A stretch of DNA of 64,000 nucleotides. Source: Hypanus sabinus (lineage: Eukaryota). A program made the position numbers and the translations under genes. The notes below the pieces were generated by a model. The model searched no databases and had not been told where the DNA came from. It worked only from the letters and a program-made list of their open reading frames with translations. The stretch covers positions 62,001 to 126,000 of the forward strand of contig NW_026781450.1 in NCBI RefSeq assembly GCF_030144855.1. The letters run 5' to 3'. Of the stretch, positions 59,036 through 64,000 are shown piece after piece (position 1 is the stretch's first letter; each line of letters starts with the position of its first letter).

Positions 59036-61111
59036 CCTTGGTAAAATGCTGCAATTATCTCACTTTCTATGCCCCTCATGATTTTATAACGCTTCTTCAA
59101 GACATTCCTCATCCTCCTTCTCTCCAGGAACTACAGACCCCGGGTTTCCAATCGCTCGCTGTAACTAGAGATTTCCATATACGCCCTAAGCGCCTCTCCC
59201 CCACCATTTGCGGCCACGTTCGTCTGCACCCGCCCAACTGAAAGGGAATGGACGAATGCTATATCGAACCGCTGTGAGCATTCAGTTTCAGGAATTGAGT
59301 TTGCGTTTAAGGGGTACCACGCCATCAACTTATAACACAATTGCGAAGAAGACTAATATTAAATCCAATGCCTCTTACCATTTCGTCATGTCAGTCCATA
59401 GCATCGTCTGTTGCCGATATAAGGTCTTTCAGCCATTTTGGGGGCAATCCCTATATTCCGCCTGTCTCGCATCTAGCCTGACTGTACGAAGAGAGGTTTC
59501 TTAAACATCCGGTACTTCTTGGTTCTTTCATTACCCCTTTATAACTCTTTTCACACCTGTTCTTTTCCCCTTGCCTCCCCATCACCTCCCTCATCTGTTC
59601 ATTTTCCTGCCGTTTATATGATGTTCCATTCTTCTATCAGCTCACTTCTTCAGGCCATTAGTCTTTCCACTTTGCAGCTCCCAGCATCCTACTGCACCGC
59701 TTCCCCCACCCACATCCCTTCCACTCACGTGGTTGTACCATTCAAATTCGAGGTCGTTGTCACTTCCTTCCCCAACCTTCTGGTTCTGCCTTCCTCACAC
59801 TTTCTCTCCAGTCCTGATGAAATATCGCACTGATCCTGCCTCAGATGCTGAATCCTGCAGCATTTTGAGTGCGGTGCATATGGGTTTGTAGGAAAGAAAA
59901 CTGGCCTTGTTTCGCTTTCCTGACTGAAAGGTAATATTTAATGTTTTTCACCGACCGGTTTCATGTTCATAGAGCACTGTCTGTTGTCAAAATGGGGATC
60001 ATATGCTCCGTGGTTGCAGATTGCATTTGTTTAATTCTCGGTACAAGGACACCTTACAATAATAATACAAAGGTTAATAATCATCAGCATCATCATTCTC
60101 AGACAGGTAAACCTAGGGATGTTTTCAATGGAGCGTCATATTCTTTCAATGGTTAACTTTATCTTGATCTCTCTGTGTAATGATCTTATTTATGTTCAGT
60201 GGTGTGTACTTCATATTACAATTACATGCGCTCGCGTGCTGCGTTGAAACCCATTTTCGATGATGAAGTTATGACCTCATCCCTTTTACCTGTATGTCTT
60301 ATAGATTCTAAATGCCCCCTTCAGTACTAGGCTCGCTTTAACAAAAGCTAGCTCGAGTGCATCAGGTTTTTTTTTTCAATTTTGCTTCGTGCGTTTTCGA
60401 GGTATTAAATTATTAATATCGGATCATTGAATTAGTTTTGTTTTATGGTCACTGTAGAAATCTGATTGGCAAATGTTCGTCAGCCTTCCAACAAAAGTTT
60501 TCCTTTTATCACACAAAACGTACAGAACTCAGTACATGGAAAATCAGCAGAAATGTGCCGATTTGAAAGAGGAAACTGGAAGGCTTTGGAACGTGAACAG
60601 ACTATGCATTGTTCGGGTTCCCATCCCCCTGCAAAACTAGTTTAAACCCCCTTCCACAGCACTAACAAACCTCCCTGCAAGGATGTTCATCCCTCTGTAG
60701 TTCAGGTGTAATCCGTCTCTCTGGTACAGGTCTCACCTTCCATCTTCTCTCCGTAAACTTTGACGCCCTCACTGATTAAGATCCTACGATCCTATCCCAT
60801 GCCACCGGGCTCAAGGGCAGATTCTACCTCGCACTAAAAGACTATGGCCATTGAGTGGTCCGCAGCTCCGATAAAACGAGCTGTTGACCTCGCACTCTAA
60901 TCTAGCTAATTAGATATTTGTCTTAATGTACGGGTGGGAAGGTGAACATCTCAGTGTGGCTACTGAGTGTAAGTGCATGTGACTTTAAACTCCACTTTGT
61001 CTTTGTCTTTTGTCGGTGAAGCGAGCTGCCATTCTACCTTCCACCACCAGCCGCTCCCCGGCGTTGTCAGCAGGTTTCTGTTGGGAGTGCCCCTCTCTCT
61101 GACCCACTGTG

Positions 61112-61880
61112 TAGACTCCTCAGAGTGAGGGTCATTTCGCCCGGTCTCTTGGCGGTGAAACCGTTGACGGGCTCATAGGAATTGACAGCGCCAGCAACAG
61201 CGGAGTAAAACAGGTTCTCCAGCTCTTTCCCCGGGAGCTGTCTGTACCAGTACATGTAAGGGCTAGCGCTCGTGCCTTTCACCGTGCACGTCATCGTCAC
61301 GTTCCCGCCGGGGGATCTGGAGAGCACGGCCGGTATCTGGGCGATCGTCTGCGAGCTGACCTCTAGGAAAGAGACGGAGAGAGGAGCACGGTTAATGATG
61401 CTGGTGGAGATCTGGGGGTGTGGGGGAGGTCGGTTGAGCAGGTGATCAGTGTAGCTCTGGAAACGTAAGAGGAAAGGAAATGATTAAAAACAGTGGAACA
61501 TTAGAAAGAAATGGAAAAGCAGCTGGGAAATAAAGAAAAATGGAGGGAATTAAAAGGAAATTTTGAGAAAGAGGGTAAATCGTCAATGAACGAAAATATA
61601 GGTGCAAAGACTGCAAGGAGGAAGTGAGGAAGAGATCGAGAATTGGGCAGGAAGAGTGAACCTGAGGCTCGCAGTCTGTAGCAGGAGAAAGATGGACGGA
61701 TTGTAAAAGGAGGATAATTAATTTAGAATGAAATTACAAGATTAACACAGACGGGCGAAAAGTGGATGAGGATATAAAGAAGGAAAGGGTAAAGATGAGA
61801 ACAAAAGTGGTCATCAAGTTTGTAGGCGCAGGAAATTGCTTACCGTGGGCCCAGATCATCAGTCCGAGGAACACAAACAT
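61112..61880 (-). pseudogene. TRBV: TRBV segment V20 (group B): open frame, 48-nt in-frame FR3 deletion removes Cys104
   Basis: Leader MFVFLGLMIWAH 61880-61844. V exon 61362-61112 (251 vs 299 nt): VSSQTIAQIPAVLSRSPGGNVTMTCTVKGTSASPYMYWYRQLPGKELENLFYSAVAGAVNSYEPVNGFTAKRPGEMTLTL|RSL. RSS: CACAGTG 61111-61105, 23 nt, ACAGAAACC. Confidence 0.9.
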
Positions 61881-62269
61881 CCCTGTTCAGAAACGTTCCT
61901 TCAGATAATGAGCGAGTCTTGTGCTCAGCTGCCGTTTATCACATTTGTAAAGGCAGTGAGAGCCAGGAAGAGATGCCAGCCCATTTGAACAGAAAGATCC
62001 ACCCTCCACCTACAATTCGACTCTTTATTGGCGGATGAATACAGTATAAACGACATGTCAATCGCTTTTCTTTTTTTGTTCTGTCGCAATCCAATACACT
62101 GAAAGTTTGACTAGCGTTAGTTAATAGAAATTTACATTGCAATATTTTAAGCGTTCAGCGCCAGCGACCCGGGTTCAAATCCCGCCGCTGGCTGTAAAGG
62201 AGTTTATCGGCTCTCCTGGTGAACGCGTGGCTTCCCACCGGGTATCGAAAACACTTGTGTAAACAAATA

Positions 62270-62640
62270 ATAATAATAAAAAAGCATGATCCTCACATTG
62301 CTGCCCTGATTGTCCAAGAGGCAGTAGGCTCTGTTCTGCAGATCATGACGGTCTCCTCAACACGAATCCGTTCTTGGCTGGCAAGCTGCAGGGGGTCGAG
62401 GGCTGATCTGGCCACGGTCGGAGGTGAGACAGGATCAGCCTCGCCAGTGTCTTCATGATATGACAGTTCACGGCCACTGGACGGTAGTCATTCGAGACTT
62501 TAAGTTGGCCGTTCTTGGCTACTGTGACCAAACATGATGTTTCCACGCTTTCAACCCTGGGGGTCAAGTTGGAAATGCGCTGGGGATCTCCACACAGCCG
62601 CTGAGCAGGTTCCCTCAGGACCTTGGAGTTCACAACTTGA
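62270..62640 (-). mobile_element. Rex1/Babar-type LINE reverse-transcriptase fragment
   Basis: SNDYRPVAVNCHIMKTLARLILSHLRP resembles the RT motif LNDYRPVALTSxxMKxxERL. Confidence 0.75.
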
Positions 62641-64000
62641 GAACACAATGCTTTGCCCCGTCCGAGTCTCCCCAGAGACCTTATCACCTGCTCAGTAGTT
62701 TTGGTGAACTGGGGAATTGGTGGAAGGTGAGGATGGGGTTGACAAACGGGACGTTCGGAGTTGGGATCTGGAGTTGTGGATGGCGGTGCAGGGCAGGGAG
62801 GGGGTCTGGCTTAGAAGAGAGCATTTGGCAATTCACTTGACTTGCATATCGTTCATGCAGATCAAAGCATTGAGGTCGTAACATGAAACATGAAAATAAA
62901 GAACTGGATTGCAGGTCGAGAATAACGTGTGAGAACCTACGCAGTTTGAGCGGTGAGTACGCTGTCCTTGAGCAAGTGGTGCGGATTTTGAAACATTTGT
63001 GTTTTCTTCCCGACGGGAGGTGGAAGGAAATATTGGGCTGAAATGATACGAGAATTGGCCGGCTGCTTTCCCGAGGCTATGGGATGTATAGGTAGAGTCT
63101 GTGGAGGGCAGGCTGTACCTCCTGATGTGCTGAGCCGTGCTTTAACCGGCCATGATACATCCACGGATATGTTTATACATGGGCTGATGTGTCTGCATGG
63201 CACGCAAACTAACGATTTTTATTATGTCTGAGCACGTAGTTAATTATCTTCTATACTGGTGGTACCCCGGTCTGGTAGGACTTTTCTACGGGGCGAAAAC
63301 GTAAGATGTTGCGGGAGCAGTTGACCCAACGCACCACCGGCGTAACTCCCCTCCATCTCCCTGAGGCAAAACAGCGACCATTTCGGACTTGGTGCCGGGA
63401 GCTAGAATAGGGATTCCTGCACTTAAGTTCGTTCATTTCGCCGATAACGGAACAGAGACTGCTATCTCAGCAGGACGTGCCTCTGCTGGAGGTGTCAATT
63501 AGCATCCGGTCTCTCTCTCAGAATTGGTGGAACCCATTCAAAGCTGGTCCGTGGATCGAGACCGTCGCTGTGGAGGAAACACTCACCAAACCCAAGTTTA
63601 TTCAAATACTATTAATTTCTTAAGCGAATTCTGTCGTTGCAAGTTTCCACTACACACTCTGTTGTCCTGTCTGACAGCGGAGACTGGAATCTGACAAGAG
63701 GGTGGGGATCTCCGTGGATCACAGAAGGTCGAAGGCAGAACACCACAGCACATGAACTGGCCCTTCGAATCGAGGTTAAAGTCACAGAAAGGTAGGGCAC
63801 AGAAACAAACTCTTCGGCCTATATAGCTGTGCCGAACTATTTAAACTGCCCAATATCATTGACCAATCCCCGGATCAGATGCCCTCCATAGCTCTGCCAC
63901 ACATGAACCAAAAGCAACTTCTCCGAAACGCTGATATCGGAATCTCATGTACCATTTGTGCGCTGGTACTTCCTCAGCCCCTGACTGAAGACGCTTCCTC

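Noticed and set aside
63612-63960. V-like words on the - strand (KWY, AVVFC, gtgatccacggag)
   Set aside because: Different frames, wrong spacing and no nonamer.

Overview
Vertebrate, intron-containing genomic DNA from an antigen-receptor V-gene cluster, not a prokaryotic window. I read it as the T-cell receptor beta variable (TRBV) region of a cartilaginous fish, probably a ray; that assignment is inferred from the V sequences and the CR1/Rex1/Tc1/SINE repeat content. I find 20 V exons. Each has a phase-1 intron and, where intact, a 3' recombination signal (heptamer, 22-23 nt spacer, nonamer). There is also one collapsed V relic with an intact RSS and four orphan promoter-leader modules. The V exons fall into three groups. 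Group A ends in CACSS and has long leaders. Group B ends in CAWS/CGW and resembles human TRBV30. Group C is one divergent DSA-x-x-FCAA pseudogene. About 7-9 look functional; the rest carry stops, frameshifts or deletions. V segments lie on both strands (+,+,+, then 14 on -, then +, -, -). The cluster grew by a ~13 kb-offset tandem duplication (about 24.8-32.0 kb vs 37.5-45.4 kb) and an inverted copy (about 0-10 kb). I found no D, J or C segment by eye. Best leads: (1) the 37-nt leader exon of two B-family genes reads on the opposite strand as a 23-RSS with a perfect CACAGTG; (2) CTCF-like motifs sit a fixed 39/42 nt behind the nonamer of all A-family V genes and flip with V orientation; (3) the V domains have lost both partners of the canonical Arg75-Asp98 pair and often carry an N-glycan sequon there; (4) orphan leaders may act as alternative first exons. 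All coordinates were counted by hand; repeat boundaries are approximate.
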